Both the position numbers and the translations under genes were made by a program. From contig OZ250169.1 in NCBI GenBank assembly GCA_965237955.1, forward strand, positions 4,864,001 to 4,928,000: a DNA stretch of 64,000 nucleotides, given 5' to 3'. The stretch comes from Candidatus Marinacidobacterales bacterium. GTDB lineage: Bacteria; Acidobacteriota; Vicinamibacteria; Marinacidobacterales; SMYC01. Of this stretch, positions 9,995 through 21,140 are shown in pieces (within the stretch, counting starts at the first letter, position 1; each line of letters opens with the position of its first letter). Under the pieces are notes generated by a model. The model saw only the letters and a list, made by a program, of their open reading frames with translations, was not told the origin of the DNA and ran no database searches.

Positions 9995-10738
9995 ATGAGC
10001 CCTGCCGCAGCCGCCCTCAGACGCCAATGGCGCGCACTCGCTCTAATAGGGTGCGCCGGCATTCTGGCGTTCGGCTTGTCGCAGCCTCGATGGCTCGTCG
10101 GCTCGATGGTTGTGTGGGCGTACTGCCTTTGGCTCTTGTTCCGCGGTCTCGAGGATAACTATCGCGAAGGCGAGGGAGTGCCCCTCGCGAGCTTTGGCTG
10201 GCCTACCCTCGTCACCGTCGTGCGCGGGGCCCTGTTGGCGGTGACCGCGGGCTTTCTCTTTCTCCCGATGCCGCTCGGGGCGCGGGGATTCATGCCTGCG
10301 ATTGCCTATTCACTCGCGTCAGTTCTCGATCACGTGGATGGCCGGTTGGCGCGGGCGCTCGACCGCACGACCCGTCTCGGGGAGAGGCTCGACATGGAGT
10401 TCGACGCGGCGGGGATTCTGATCGCGTCGCTACTCGCCATCCACTACGGGAAGGTCCCATCTTGGTATCTTGCGATTGGTCTTGCGCGTTATGCGTTCGT
10501 TCTCGGGATCGCGTGGCGCCGCCGTCGTTCAAAGATTGGCATCGAGAACGACTGGGAGCTCGACCCGAACCCGCTGAGACGCGTCTTCGCCGGCGTGCAG
10601 ATGGCCTATCTCAGCGTTGCGCTGTGGCCGCCGATCCCGTCGGAGCTGTCGCTCTTCGTGGCTCCGCTCTTCGGGGGCGCCACGCTCGCGATGTTCGCAC
10701 GGGATTGGTGGCGGGTCTCCGCCTGTGGTGGGGAATGA
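9995..10738 (+). CDS. CDP-alcohol phosphatidyltransferase family protein
   Basis: D-x2-DG-x2-AR...G-x3-D-x3-D signature (DHVDGRLAR...GERLDMEFD). Confidence 0.9.
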   Translation: MSPAAAALRRQWRALALIGCAGILAFGLSQPRWLVGSMVVWAYCLWLLFRGLEDNYREGEGVPLASFGWPTLVTVVRGALLAVTAGFLFLPMPLGARGFMPAIAYSLASVLDHVDGRLARALDRTTRLGERLDMEFDAAGILIASLLAIHYGKVPSWYLAIGLARYAFVLGIAWRRRRSKIGIENDWELDPNPLRRVFAGVQMAYLSVALWPPIPSELSLFVAPLFGGATLAMFARDWWRVSACGGE

Positions 10739-10754
10739 AAATGCTGATGAAGCG

Positions 10755-11834
10755 CTAGTCGCACAGCTCCTTCAGCAGGTCTTCGATGCTCGTCATCGAT
10801 TGTTCCCAGGTGGCGTGATGGCTGAATGTCTCGAAGGCGGCAATGCTCAACTCTGCCAACAACGCGCGGTCGCCGATGACGCGCTCCAGCAGGAGCCTCA
10901 AGCTGAACGTGTCGTCCGGCGGCACGAGATAGCCCGTCGATTCGTGCTGCACGATTTCGTCGGATGCACCCGCCGCGCCCGCGATGACGGGAAGTCCGAA
11001 CGCCATCGCTTCTAGGTAGACGATGCCGAATCCTTCGTAGCTCGAAGGAACGACGAGCATCTGAGCTCCCCGGTAGCGGTCCGCGAGACGCTCACCGTCC
11101 AGGGTCCCGTGTAACGAGGTTTTCGACCCGAGCGCGAGGCTTTCGATCTGAGCTCGGATTCTGCGAACGTAGCCTCCATCCATATCGAGACTGCCAACGA
11201 TGTCGAGCTGCCACGGAGCGTCGCGAAGCTCTCCCAACACTTCGAGCAGCACGTGGAGCCGCTTTCGCGGGATGAGGTTGCCGACGAAGAGCAGCCGTAG
11301 CGAACCTTCCGCGCGGGCGCGCTCGTGAATCTCGGCACGCGAGAGGCCGGCTCCAAGCCGGTCGCCGCCAGGCGTCGCCACGACGTTGCGGGTTTTCTTT
11401 TGCAGAAGCGCTTCGACCGATTCTCTCGTGGTGTGGCTGTTGAACACGAACGCGCCGATCGACTCCAGATAGCGTTTCTCCACACGACGATAGAAATCGT
11501 TTTGCCACGGAGAGTGATCCTCGCTCGATCGCAAATGGTGGACGATGGAAACGAGCGGGTATGAGACGGTGCGCCGTAGCCGCTCGTTCACGCGGGCAAG
11601 CGACGGGTGCACGAGCTCGTCGGAAATCAATACGTCGTACTCGGCTCCCGAGAGCGAGCGGCGCAATCCCGGCGAAAAATTCTCCAGCAAATGGCGGGCA
11701 TAGCTCTCGTGAGCCAAAGAAAGGATGTCGACGTCGTGACCGCGACCGCGAAGATGCTCGACAAGCATCCCATCATAAAGATTGCCGCCGGAAACGAGGT
11801 CGAGATCGCCGTAAACGATGAGCCCAACCCTCAC
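10755..11834 (-). CDS. Glycosyltransferase family 4
   Basis: VSGGNLYD, FVGNLIPRK and EGFGIVYLEAMAFGLPV motifs. Confidence 0.9.
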   Translation of the reverse strand: MRVGLIVYGDLDLVSGGNLYDGMLVEHLRGRGHDVDILSLAHESYARHLLENFSPGLRRSLSGAEYDVLISDELVHPSLARVNERLRRTVSYPLVSIVHHLRSSEDHSPWQNDFYRRVEKRYLESIGAFVFNSHTTRESVEALLQKKTRNVVATPGGDRLGAGLSRAEIHERARAEGSLRLLFVGNLIPRKRLHVLLEVLGELRDAPWQLDIVGSLDMDGGYVRRIRAQIESLALGSKTSLHGTLDGERLADRYRGAQMLVVPSSYEGFGIVYLEAMAFGLPVIAGAAGASDEIVQHESTGYLVPPDDTFSLRLLLERVIGDRALLAELSIAAFETFSHHATWEQSMTSIEDLLKELCD

Positions 11835-11916
11835 GACAACGAAGTATACCTGTCCTAGGTCTTTCGGTCAGTGCGGAACAGGCAAATGTGACAGAGAAAT
11901 TCTATAATGCCGAGAC

Positions 11917-12063
11917 ATGAAAGTGTTCGTCGCGTCCGGCTACTACGACATGGCCACGCCGTTTTTCGGCACCGAGTACACCGTCAACCATCTCTATATG
12001 ATGTACATCCACGAGGAATCGATGAGAGACCGGGGCGGAGCGAACGTCCCCGGTGCTCGCTAG
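11917..12063 (+). pseudogene. Remnant of an S10 serine carboxypeptidase C-terminus
   Basis: Translates as MKVFVASGYYDMATPFFGTEYTVNHLYMMYIHEES. Confidence 0.55.
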
Positions 12064-12076
12064 AGCGCCATACCTC

Positions 12077-14398
12077 ATGCGGGACGGCATCCCTCAATTC
12101 ATTGGCGCCGAGGTGCGGCGGCGGGAAGACCCTGCGCTCATTACTGGCCGCGGCAAGTTCGTGGCCGACATCGCTCTTGAAGGCGCGGCGACGATGGCCT
12201 TGGTTCGGAGCCCGTACGCGCACGCGAACGTGAACGGCATCGATAGGTCGCAGGCGCTCGCGATGCCCGGTGTTCTCACCGTCTTCACCGCGGAGGACCT
12301 CAACCCCGACGTGGCGAAGCCGTTTCCTTTCATGAAAGGAGTGGATGGCGGGACCCTCGAGGAGGTCTTCGAGCAAGAGCGATTTCCGCTTGCTTCCGAT
12401 CGCGTGCGGCACGTCGGTGACCCTGTCGCCGTCGTGGTGGCGGAGAGCCCATACGTCGCCGCGGATGCGGTGGATGCGGTCCTCGTCGACTACGAGCCAT
12501 TACCCGTCGTCACCGATCCCGAGGCGGCTCTTGCGGAAGGGGCCCCCTTGGTGCACGAAGCGTGTTCGGGGAACCGCGCCTTTGTATGGAGCCTCACCGG
12601 CGGCAACGTCGACGAGGCACTCGAGCGCGCCGACAAGATCGTGGAGCTCCGTGCTTCCATTCAGAGACTCGTTCCCAACGCGATGGAGCCCAGGGCGGTC
12701 GCGGCGGCCTACGATGCAGAGAATGGGTTCACGCTGTGGTCGTCCACACAGATCCCTCACCTACTGCGCGACTTCATTGCGGGGATGGCGGGGATTGATG
12801 CGGAGCGTCTTCGCGTGATTGCTCCCGAGGTGGGCGGCGGCTTCGGTGCCAAGTGCAACGTCTACGGCGAAGATGTCCTTGCGGTTTTGCTTGCGTGGCG
12901 CCTCAGGCGCCCTATCCGTTGGGTGGCGTCGAGAAGCGAAGACTATCTGACGACCTCGCACGGCCGCGATCAAATCGGAGTCATGCGGCTGGGCGCGAGC
13001 GCCGACGGACGCATCCTCGGTGCGGAGCTCTCCTTCACCATGGACTGCGGCGCCTATTTCAGTCGGGTGACGCCGATCATTCCGGCGCTGACCGGCGTGA
13101 TGATGACCGGAGTCTATGATATCCCGCACGTGCGCGCACGCGCCGTCGGCGTGTTCACCAACAAAGTGTGGACCGAGCCCTATCGCGGTGCGGGGCGACC
13201 CGAAGCGGCGTATTTCTTGGAGCGCGCCGTCGACAAGCTCGCCGACGAGCTCGGGCTCGACCCGGTGGAGCTTCGGCAACGGAACTTCATCGCTCCCGAA
13301 AGATTTCCCCACAAGACCGCGACCGGACTCACCTACGACAGCGGCGCCTACGCGGTTGCGCTCGACAAACTCCTCGAGCACATCGACTACAAAGGATTGC
13401 GCGAACAGCAAGCAAAGCGTCGCGAGGCGGGCGGAAAGCCATTCGGTGTCGGGATCGCGTCGTACGTCGAAATCTGCGGCTTCGGTCCATGGGAGCACAG
13501 CACGGTTCGGGTCGCCCCCGACGGCAACGTCACCGTGCTGAGCGGTACGTCGCCTCAGGGACAGGGGCACGCAACGAGCTGGGCGCAGATTGCAGCCGAG
13601 ACGCTTCAAGTGCCTATCGAGAACGTCGAAGTCATCCATGGTGACACCGCAATCGTTCCCAAAGGTATGGGAACCTTCGGGAGTCGCAGCGCTCCTGTCG
13701 GGGGCGCTGCCGTCCTCGAGACCGCCGAAGGGGTTCGAGAAGGAGCGATTGCGATTGCGGCGCATCTACTGGAAGCCGCCGCCCGTGACGTGAGGCTCGA
13801 GGACGGCGCCTTCCATGTCGTCGGGATGCGCTCGCGGTCGCTGAGCTGGCAAGACGTGGCGGCGGCAGGTCACTCCGATGAGCTTCCGGCGGAGCTTCGA
13901 GGCAAGCTCGAGGTGGCGGACGAGTTCAAACCGTCCGGGGACACATTTCCCTTCGGGGCGCATGCGTGCGTGGTCGAGATCGATCCGGACACGGGAGAAA
14001 TTTCTATCCTGCGCTTCGTCACCGTGGACGATTGCGGGAAAGTGATCAATCCACTTCTCGTGCAAGGACAAGTGCACGGCGGGATCGCGCAAGGGATCGG
14101 TCAGGCTCTATGGGAAGGCGCCGTCTATGACGAGTCCGGCAATCTCGTCACCGGCAACCTCATGGAGTATGCGGTGCCGCGTGCGGATTTGTTGCCGTCT
14201 TACGAGACCCACCGTACGGAAACGCCGACGCCTGTGAACGCCCTCGGCGTCAAGGGGATTGGCGAAGCGGCCACCATCGGATCGACACCCGCCGTCGTGA
14301 ACGCGGTCGTGGATGCCCTCTCTCACCTCGGGGTGACACATATCGACACGCCGTTGACGCCGGAGAAAATTCTGAGCTACCTGGTGAGGCGTTCGTAG
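12077..14398 (+). CDS. Xanthine dehydrogenase family molybdopterin-binding subunit (CoxL form II-like)
   Basis: RREDPALITG, VGGGFGAK, PYRGAGRPE, QGQGH and KGIGEA motifs. Confidence 0.9.
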   Translation: MRDGIPQFIGAEVRRREDPALITGRGKFVADIALEGAATMALVRSPYAHANVNGIDRSQALAMPGVLTVFTAEDLNPDVAKPFPFMKGVDGGTLEEVFEQERFPLASDRVRHVGDPVAVVVAESPYVAADAVDAVLVDYEPLPVVTDPEAALAEGAPLVHEACSGNRAFVWSLTGGNVDEALERADKIVELRASIQRLVPNAMEPRAVAAAYDAENGFTLWSSTQIPHLLRDFIAGMAGIDAERLRVIAPEVGGGFGAKCNVYGEDVLAVLLAWRLRRPIRWVASRSEDYLTTSHGRDQIGVMRLGASADGRILGAELSFTMDCGAYFSRVTPIIPALTGVMMTGVYDIPHVRARAVGVFTNKVWTEPYRGAGRPEAAYFLERAVDKLADELGLDPVELRQRNFIAPERFPHKTATGLTYDSGAYAVALDKLLEHIDYKGLREQQAKRREAGGKPFGVGIASYVEICGFGPWEHSTVRVAPDGNVTVLSGTSPQGQGHATSWAQIAAETLQVPIENVEVIHGDTAIVPKGMGTFGSRSAPVGGAAVLETAEGVREGAIAIAAHLLEAAARDVRLEDGAFHVVGMRSRSLSWQDVAAAGHSDELPAELRGKLEVADEFKPSGDTFPFGAHACVVEIDPDTGEISILRFVTVDDCGKVINPLLVQGQVHGGIAQGIGQALWEGAVYDESGNLVTGNLMEYAVPRADLLPSYETHRTETPTPVNALGVKGIGEAATIGSTPAVVNAVVDALSHLGVTHIDTPLTPEKILSYLVRRS

Positions 14399-16782
14399 CG
14401 GACCCAGTCGGCTTCCGACAATCCACCGTCGAGCTCGAACTTGTAGCGCTTGTTCTTGCCGAGACCGATGATGTCTTTTTCGAACGTCTCGACGTAGAGC
14501 GTGTTGTCGTCGGGCCGCTCGAGGACACGGATCTCTTTGTGGCTCCACGCCCAATCGTGAGCCTCCGACACGTAGCGTACGCCGAGGGTCGTCAGGTTCA
14601 GCTCGCCGCGACAGCTTCGGAAACGATGGTTGTGTCGTGCGGCGAACGTGAGCGGGAGGGTTTCCTCCCAGATGCGATCGGTCGCTTCGATAAGAAGGTC
14701 GGACGCGCCTTCGAACGTCGGGTCCTTCAACAACAGCTCCTCGAGCCACGCCTGGCTCTCCTCGAGCTCACCGCGCTCGAGGGCCATCCTCGCTTGGTAG
14801 AAAAGATCGGCTATCATGGGTGCCTCGATCGTCGGGGGCTTCGGAGGCGGGACGGTGGTGGGCGCAGGCGTCGGTCTCGGTTTGGGTGGTGGTGGCTCGG
14901 CTGTGATCGTGGGGACGGGCTCGGGAGGGGGCGGTGTCATGCCCTCGGATGGTTCGGGCGTTTCGGTGGGCTCATCCGGTTCGGCCACGCCCGCCGGCGT
15001 GGGGCCGATCTCGGATAGCGATGGTGATGAATCCACCGAGCTGGATTGCCGCTCGCCGGTGAGCGCGTGCCCGAAGAAGAGAAGCGCACCGAAGATGAGC
15101 GCGACCGATATCGGAAGCCAGCGATCGCGGTGCGCTTGGACGGTTCGGCGCACGCGTCTCGTGACCACATTGCCGCTCGACTCTTCCTGGCCTTTCCGCG
15201 CGGACTTGAGCGCCGCGGCGACGTCCTCGGCGCTGTCGTAGCGATCGTTGGCGTTTTTCTCTAGACAGCGAAGGATGACGGAGCGGAGCGCGACCGTGAC
15301 CGAAGGATTCCTCTCGTCGGGGGGAATCGGCTCGTCGTTCAGGATGGACTGGGCGATCGCCGCGAACGAGTTGCCGACGAATGGGAGCGTGCCGGTGAGC
15401 ATACGGTATAGCACGACCGCGAACGAGAACAGATCGGTGCGTCGATCGATGGTTCCTCTGGAGAGCTGCTCGGGCGCCATGTAATAGGGGCTTCCGAGGA
15501 CGTCGTCGTCGTTCGTGAGCTTGGAGCCGACGACGTGCGCAATCCCGAAGTCCATGATCTTGCCGCGAAAATCCGGCGTCACGATGATGTTGCCAGGCTT
15601 GATATCGCGGTGGACGATGCCTTGGGAATGCGCGAATGCGAGTCCGTCGAGGACGTCGTGCGCGATCTGAAACGCTCGAGTAAACGATAGTGTCTCGGTC
15701 TCGAGGATCTCGGACAGGGTTTTGCCTTCGATGAACTCCATGACGATGAACGGCGTATCGTCATCGGCATGACCGACGTCGAAGACGGTGACGATGTTCG
15801 GGTGGATGAGCTGCCCCGCCGCGCTCGCCTCCCGATAGAAACGCTCCTTGTACTTCTCTTGGCTCGATTGCGGCAGGTGCACCGCGGTCTGGATGAGCTT
15901 GATGGCGACGATGCGATCGATCGCCGGATCTTGTGCGAGCAGCACCGCACCCATCGATCCTCGACCGAGAACGCGTTGTACTTCGAACCGGCCGAGTTTG
16001 GTCGGTAGTGTGCCGGAAGGGAATAGAGGAGCAGGAGCGCCCTGGTTGGGATCGGGTTCGGTATCAGGGTGGAGCTCCTGGTTTGTGCTGACGTTCAAGA
16101 TGCCGGCGGCGATGAGAGCCTCGAGGCCGTCGAGCGTGTCGTCTCGCGATAGCGTGGACATCTCGAGCACGTCGGACATCGTGAGTCCCGGGTGGAATCG
16201 TTCCTTCAGTAGATCGACGAGAGCGCTGTGCTTGGTCGAAATCGTCGACTCCGCGTAGGGAAGGCCATGCTCCGCGTCCTTCGACCATCGAAGCTCTCCG
16301 CGTAGTTTTCGCTCGGCCCGGCTAAGCGCTTCTGCGGCTACCTCTTCTGGCACAAGGTCCAGGTTGCCGCCGGAGAGCCTGTCGATGTTGTCGGATGCCG
16401 CTTCCTCGAAGCGGTACTCACCCCGGTGCAGCCGAAACAGCGCGTCGACAATCGCGCACGACAGCCTCGACATCTCGAGCTCGAGCGCAGCGGCTGACAG
16501 GATGTCGAGCTCCCCCAACACCGTCGGTAGAGTCTTTCCCGCGTGTTCGGCCGCGACGCGAGCGCGGTGAAGCTCGGACGGCGTCAGCTTCTGCCGGCGC
16601 ACGAGCGTCTCGCCGAGTTGGTCCTTGGTATCGCTCGATTCCGCGGCCACGATGCGGCCGTTTTTGAACGAGACCCGCTTCGTCGAGTCGTCGTCGTCGA
16701 CATAGAGGATGCCCGAAGCCGCACGAGCTTGAAGCTCGCGAAAGGCCGCCGACAGACTCTCGGGACTCAGCGTTCCTTGCAT
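14377..16782 (-). CDS. DUF4388-domain membrane Ser/Thr protein kinase
   Basis: N-terminal DUF4388-like MQGTL...SGIL...G(R)IV; GRGSMG, HRDIKPGN, DFG and APE motifs; TM helix, Pro-rich linker, TPR-like tail. Confidence 0.9.
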   Translation of the reverse strand: MQGTLSPESLSAAFRELQARAASGILYVDDDDSTKRVSFKNGRIVAAESSDTKDQLGETLVRRQKLTPSELHRARVAAEHAGKTLPTVLGELDILSAAALELEMSRLSCAIVDALFRLHRGEYRFEEAASDNIDRLSGGNLDLVPEEVAAEALSRAERKLRGELRWSKDAEHGLPYAESTISTKHSALVDLLKERFHPGLTMSDVLEMSTLSRDDTLDGLEALIAAGILNVSTNQELHPDTEPDPNQGAPAPLFPSGTLPTKLGRFEVQRVLGRGSMGAVLLAQDPAIDRIVAIKLIQTAVHLPQSSQEKYKERFYREASAAGQLIHPNIVTVFDVGHADDDTPFIVMEFIEGKTLSEILETETLSFTRAFQIAHDVLDGLAFAHSQGIVHRDIKPGNIIVTPDFRGKIMDFGIAHVVGSKLTNDDDVLGSPYYMAPEQLSRGTIDRRTDLFSFAVVLYRMLTGTLPFVGNSFAAIAQSILNDEPIPPDERNPSVTVALRSVILRCLEKNANDRYDSAEDVAAALKSARKGQEESSGNVVTRRVRRTVQAHRDRWLPISVALIFGALLFFGHALTGERQSSSVDSSPSLSEIGPTPAGVAEPDEPTETPEPSEGMTPPPPEPVPTITAEPPPPKPRPTPAPTTVPPPKPPTIEAPMIADLFYQARMALERGELEESQAWLEELLLKDPTFEGASDLLIEATDRIWEETLPLTFAARHNHRFRSCRGELNLTTLGVRYVSEAHDWAWSHKEIRVLERPDDNTLYVETFEKDIIGLGKNKRYKFELDGGLSEADWVRYERLTR

Positions 16783-16976
16783 CGCGTGCTAGTTGATTCC
16801 GAACCAATCTCCGGCGTTCCCGGTGCAAGAAGGCACGGCAAACGAACGCCCGCAAAGGGGGTTTGCGATCGCTCTTATTCTGTTTTGGGCAAAAACCTAC
16901 TTCAAATTTACGTGGATTTCCGCCGGCCGTCAACTGCCCCTTTAAAAACAGGGGGATAGAGGGATTCACAGGGCGC

Positions 16977-18521
16977 CTATTCCGGTAAATAGAGCTCCGC
17001 GCCCGGGCCCACGGGGAGCCCCAACAATATAAAGACGGTCAATAGCAGGGACCAGACGATCGTGAAAACGAGTGTATAGGGGAGCATCAACGCAATCACC
17101 GAGCCGATCCCGGCTTTGGGGTCGTATTTCGCGACGAAGGCGACGATGAGGGCGAAGTAGGACATCATCGGGGCGATGATGTTCGTCACCGAATCGCCGA
17201 TGCGATAGGACGCTTGCACGAACTCCGGCGTATAGCCGAGGAGCATGAACATCGGGATGAAGATAGGCGCCATGATGGCCCACTTCGCCGACGCGCTCCC
17301 CATGAACAGATTGATGAACATGGACAGCAGGATGAAGCTCAACATGAGAAAGATGGGACCGAAACCCAGCGCCTGGAGGCTCTCGGCGCCCTTCACCGCG
17401 AAGATGTAGCCGAGATTGGTCCAGTTGAAATAAGCGACGAATTGAGCGGCAAAAAAGACGAGCACGGTGTAGGTGCCGAGCGTCGATATGGCCGTGCCCA
17501 TGCCTTCCACGACTTGAGTGTCGTTTTTGATCGTTCCCGCGCCTCTCCCGTAGGCGACGCTTACCACGACCGCTCCTAGAAAAATGAACGCGACGATGGC
17601 GCTGAGAAACGGAGAGCGAAGAAGGCCGCCGGTCTCCGGGTTGCGCAAAAAGCCCGCTCCTGGAATGAGCTCCCACGTCGTCGGCACCGTGCCCCAAAGC
17701 AAGAACACAGCGAACGCGACCGCTGCCACGAGCGCGTACTTGAGCCCGCGCTCTTCTTGTTTCGTGAGCGTCGTCATCCCTTCGTCGACTTCGACTTCAC
17801 CTTTATAGGTACCCAATCTCGGCTGAACGATCTTTTCGGTCACCCACGTACCCGCGCCCGCGATGAAAAACGTCGACGTTGCCATGAAGTAATAGTTCGC
17901 TGCGGCGTTGACGGTGTACTCCGGGTCCACGAGCTGGGCGGCCTCTTCCGAGATGCCGGACAACAACGGATCGACGGTTCCGAGCAGGAGGTTGGCGCTG
18001 TAGCCGCCGGAAACACCCGCGAACGCGGCCGCGAGTCCGACGAGCGGATGCCTGCCCGCGGAATAGAAAATGATCGCCGCGAGTGGCACGAGGAGGACGT
18101 AGCCGATCTCGCTCGCCATGTTCGAGAGGACACCGGCGAGGACGATGGCGAACGTCAGGAGTCGCGGCGGCGCGGAGAGCACGAGTTTCTTCAGAGCGGC
18201 GCCGATGAGGCCACTCGACTCCGCGAGCCCGATCCCGAGCATCGATACGAAGACCGTGCCGAGCGGGGCGAAGCCCGTGAAGTTCGTGACCATCTGTGTG
18301 AGCATCCGGTGGAGCCCTTCGAGAGTGAGAAGGCTCACGGGCTCGATGGTCTCGCCCGTCGAAGGGTGGGTGACCGATAGCTCGAGGCTCGCGAAGATGC
18401 CCGACAACACCACGACGGCGAGCGCCATGATCGCGAACAGGCTCGCCGGGTGTGGGAGGAAGTTACCGACCCGTTCCACGACGTCGAGAAACCGAATGAA
18501 CAGCGATGAAGGTTTCTTCAT
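16977..18521 (-). CDS. abgT: AbgT family (p-aminobenzoyl-glutamate) transporter
   Basis: [26 protein letters not shown] and YRIGDSVTN motifs. Confidence 0.9.
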   Translation of the reverse strand: MKKPSSLFIRFLDVVERVGNFLPHPASLFAIMALAVVVLSGIFASLELSVTHPSTGETIEPVSLLTLEGLHRMLTQMVTNFTGFAPLGTVFVSMLGIGLAESSGLIGAALKKLVLSAPPRLLTFAIVLAGVLSNMASEIGYVLLVPLAAIIFYSAGRHPLVGLAAAFAGVSGGYSANLLLGTVDPLLSGISEEAAQLVDPEYTVNAAANYYFMATSTFFIAGAGTWVTEKIVQPRLGTYKGEVEVDEGMTTLTKQEERGLKYALVAAVAFAVFLLWGTVPTTWELIPGAGFLRNPETGGLLRSPFLSAIVAFIFLGAVVVSVAYGRGAGTIKNDTQVVEGMGTAISTLGTYTVLVFFAAQFVAYFNWTNLGYIFAVKGAESLQALGFGPIFLMLSFILLSMFINLFMGSASAKWAIMAPIFIPMFMLLGYTPEFVQASYRIGDSVTNIIAPMMSYFALIVAFVAKYDPKAGIGSVIALMLPYTLVFTIVWSLLLTVFILLGLPVGPGAELYLPE

Positions 18522-19531
18522 GAGCTATACCGCTTCTTGATGTTGGGGATGAGGTAATCGTTGAAGGCACGGTCCTGGTCGTAATCGGGCTGCCACTTCC
18601 AATCTTGTGAGGCCGCGGTGTCGTCGAGATCGGCGGGCCAGGTTTCGACGATGGCTTGTCGTTTCATGTCGGGCTCGAAGTCGATGCTCGCATCGGGAAA
18701 CGCGGCGACGACGAGGTCGCGGATCTCCGCCGCGGACAGAGAGAAGCTGGTGACGTTGTACACGAGCTGCGACAATGATTCTTTGGGCGCCGCCGCGAGG
18801 TGTACGAGCGCGTTGGTGGCATCCGGCATCGCCATGAACGGAATGCGCACGTGCGACTCGACGAAACAGCGATACGGCTTGCCTTGCGCCGCCGCATGGA
18901 GCATCTCGGAGGCGTAGTCGCTCGTTCCGCCGCTAGGCACGGTGACGGCGCTGATGAGTCCGGGAAAGCGGAGGCTGCGGAAGTCGATCATCACCGGCTC
19001 TTCCGCCGACAGCTGCTTGTAGTGATGGCTCAGATAGCGGCCGAGAAGCTCGCAGTAGCGTTTGTTGCAGCCGTACATCGTCGTCGGGTTGGTCCACTCC
19101 CATTCGCGCACGCGGGAGTAGCGCCCTTTTGCTTCCGGCGTCGGCAAGCCGTAGACCGCGATGGAGCTCGGAAAGATAAACTGCACCGGGCGCCCGAGCC
19201 ATTGCGACTGCTCTGACGCGAGCCGTAGCAGCGTGAGGGTTCCCTCGACGTTGACGCGGTGCGCGGTCTCGGGAGTGTACTCGGAGCGCGTCGATAGAAG
19301 TGCGGCTAAATGAAACATGGTCTCGATCTCGTACTCGGCGACGAGCCGAGCGAGCAAGCTCTCGTCGAGGATGTCGCCTTGGATGTGCGTGTGGTCGGAG
19401 GACAGCTCGTAGGAAAGAGGAGTGAGATCGAGGGTCAGGAGGTAGCGCTCGCCGGAATCCGCGAGCCGTTGGACGAGGGATGTTCCGACTTCACCGGCCG
19501 CGCCGGTGACCAGCGTGACTTTCTTGCGCAT
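18518..19531 (-). CDS. NAD-dependent epimerase/dehydratase, L-threonine 3-dehydrogenase-like SDR
   Basis: [20 protein letters not shown] and PSGGTSDY motifs. Confidence 0.85.
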   Translation of the reverse strand: MRKKVTLVTGAAGEVGTSLVQRLADSGERYLLTLDLTPLSYELSSDHTHIQGDILDESLLARLVAEYEIETMFHLAALLSTRSEYTPETAHRVNVEGTLTLLRLASEQSQWLGRPVQFIFPSSIAVYGLPTPEAKGRYSRVREWEWTNPTTMYGCNKRYCELLGRYLSHHYKQLSAEEPVMIDFRSLRFPGLISAVTVPSGGTSDYASEMLHAAAQGKPYRCFVESHVRIPFMAMPDATNALVHLAAAPKESLSQLVYNVTSFSLSAAEIRDLVVAAFPDASIDFEPDMKRQAIVETWPADLDDTAASQDWKWQPDYDQDRAFNDYLIPNIKKRYSS

Positions 19532-19608
19532 TGATCGTGCATAGTATCGCAGCCAATCAGCCATCGGCCTTGCTCCTTATGCGGCGTCATCCTAAGATTG
19601 GTGCGCTC

Positions 19609-19931
19609 ATGTTTCTCGCAGGCTTCTCCCCCAACGGGCGATGGATGGCGTACGAATCCGACGAATCCGGACGCGTGGAGATCTACGTTTGCGCCTTCCC
19701 GTATCCTGGAGCGACGCGGCAGGTCTCCATCGAGGGCGGGTCCTCGCACAGCCACGGCTCTTGTTCGAGTCGGATTCCTATCGAACCCATCCTAGATCCT
19801 ACGAAGTCAGTGCCGACGGCGAGCGCTTCATCATGATCGATCGAAGCGAGTCAGCACGGCCGCCGACGGAGCTGGTCCTCGTCCAGAACTGGGCCGAAGA
19901 GTTGAAGCGGCTCGTCCCGACAGACAACTGA
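19609..19931 (+). pseudogene. Remnant of the PD40/TolB-like beta-propeller C-terminus of a kinase-propeller protein
   Basis: FSPNGRWMAYESDESGRVEIYV, then frameshifted YEVSADGERF...VQNWAEELKRLVP. Confidence 0.7.
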
Positions 19932-19945
19932 CGAGTAGCTCTGAC

Positions 19946-21115
19946 ATGCCAAGCGCGGTCGCTCCATCCTCTTTGGCTGTCATCCTAGTTTTGCTCAGCC
20001 TGCCAGACTCCATCGCAGCGCTCCCGGCTCAACAATTGGAGGAAGCTCTTTTGAGCGCGACCGCTCTCGGGAACACCGCGCGGGTGGAAGAACTCCTCGC
20101 CGCGGGAGCCAGCGTGGACGGCGAAGTGTACGCGGAACGTTTTTCCCCTCTGATGCGTGCGGCCCAAAACGGCCATCTAGAAACGGTTTCGTTGCTGCTC
20201 GAATCGGGCGCGGTCCCCGACGCTCGAAGCTATGTGGGAACGACGGCGCTGATGCTGGCCTCCCAAGCGGGACGCGCCGCCGTTGTGAGCGCTCTCCTCG
20301 AGGCCGGAAGCGATCCGAACGCGGTTAGCGAAGAAGTGACCGCACTGGGATCGGCAGCCTTCAAAGGCCACCTTGACGCTGTGAAGGTGCTCGTCGGTGC
20401 GGGTGCCGACGTCAATCGGCGTATGGAAGTATCCAAAACCGCGCCGATCACGCTGGCTGTCCGAGCGGGCCATGTCGATATCGTGCGCGCGCTCCTGGAC
20501 GCGGGCGCCAAGCTGGATGGGCCGGTAGGTACGGCGTCTTTGATCGTGGCCGTTTGGCTCGGGAATGAAGAGATGACACGAGTGCTCTTGCAAGCGGATG
20601 CGCCTGTGGGTGGAACCGACGGTTGGGGGTGGAGTCCGCTGCGGGCTGCGAGAGTGTCGGGACATGGAGAGTTGGAGAGGCTTTTGCTAGACGCTGGCGC
20701 TCCCGAGTTGGATGAAAAGAGCCCCTCTCCCTCGGCGCCACTCGTGGAGGCCGCCGCTCGCGGTGACTCGATCATGGTGGGAGCTCTCATCCGCGCCGGC
20801 GCGGATCCGGACCAAAGAGATCGAGGCCTAGCCACCGCGCTGATGGCCGCGTGCGGACGCGATGATTCTGAGGAAATCGTGCGACTCCTTTTGGACTCAG
20901 GCGCCTCGGTGAACGCGTTGGATGACCGCGGCACGACCGCCTTGATGATCGCAGCGGGGGCCGGCAACGTCTCCGTGGTCCAGAGACTTCTAGAGTCGGG
21001 GGCGAACGTGAATCTCGAAACACGGAGCGGGCGCACGGCACGGATCGCCGCCAGCGAAAATGGCCACCGTGAAGTCGTCGAGCTTCTCGAGCGAGCCGAG
21101 GCTGCCCGCCAATAA
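19946..21115 (+). CDS. Secreted ankyrin repeat protein
   Basis: Signal peptide and multiple TALM-A...G-H...LL-AGA repeats. Confidence 0.9.
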   Translation: MPSAVAPSSLAVILVLLSLPDSIAALPAQQLEEALLSATALGNTARVEELLAAGASVDGEVYAERFSPLMRAAQNGHLETVSLLLESGAVPDARSYVGTTALMLASQAGRAAVVSALLEAGSDPNAVSEEVTALGSAAFKGHLDAVKVLVGAGADVNRRMEVSKTAPITLAVRAGHVDIVRALLDAGAKLDGPVGTASLIVAVWLGNEEMTRVLLQADAPVGGTDGWGWSPLRAARVSGHGELERLLLDAGAPELDEKSPSPSAPLVEAAARGDSIMVGALIRAGADPDQRDRGLATALMAACGRDDSEEIVRLLLDSGASVNALDDRGTTALMIAAGAGNVSVVQRLLESGANVNLETRSGRTARIAASENGHREVVELLERAEAARQ

Positions 21116-21140
21116 ACCCTGTCCGAAAAAAAGACAAAAA

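Noticed and set aside
12077-14398. Aerobic CO dehydrogenase (form I)
   Set aside because: Lacks the AYXCSFR motif and the coxMS/accessory genes
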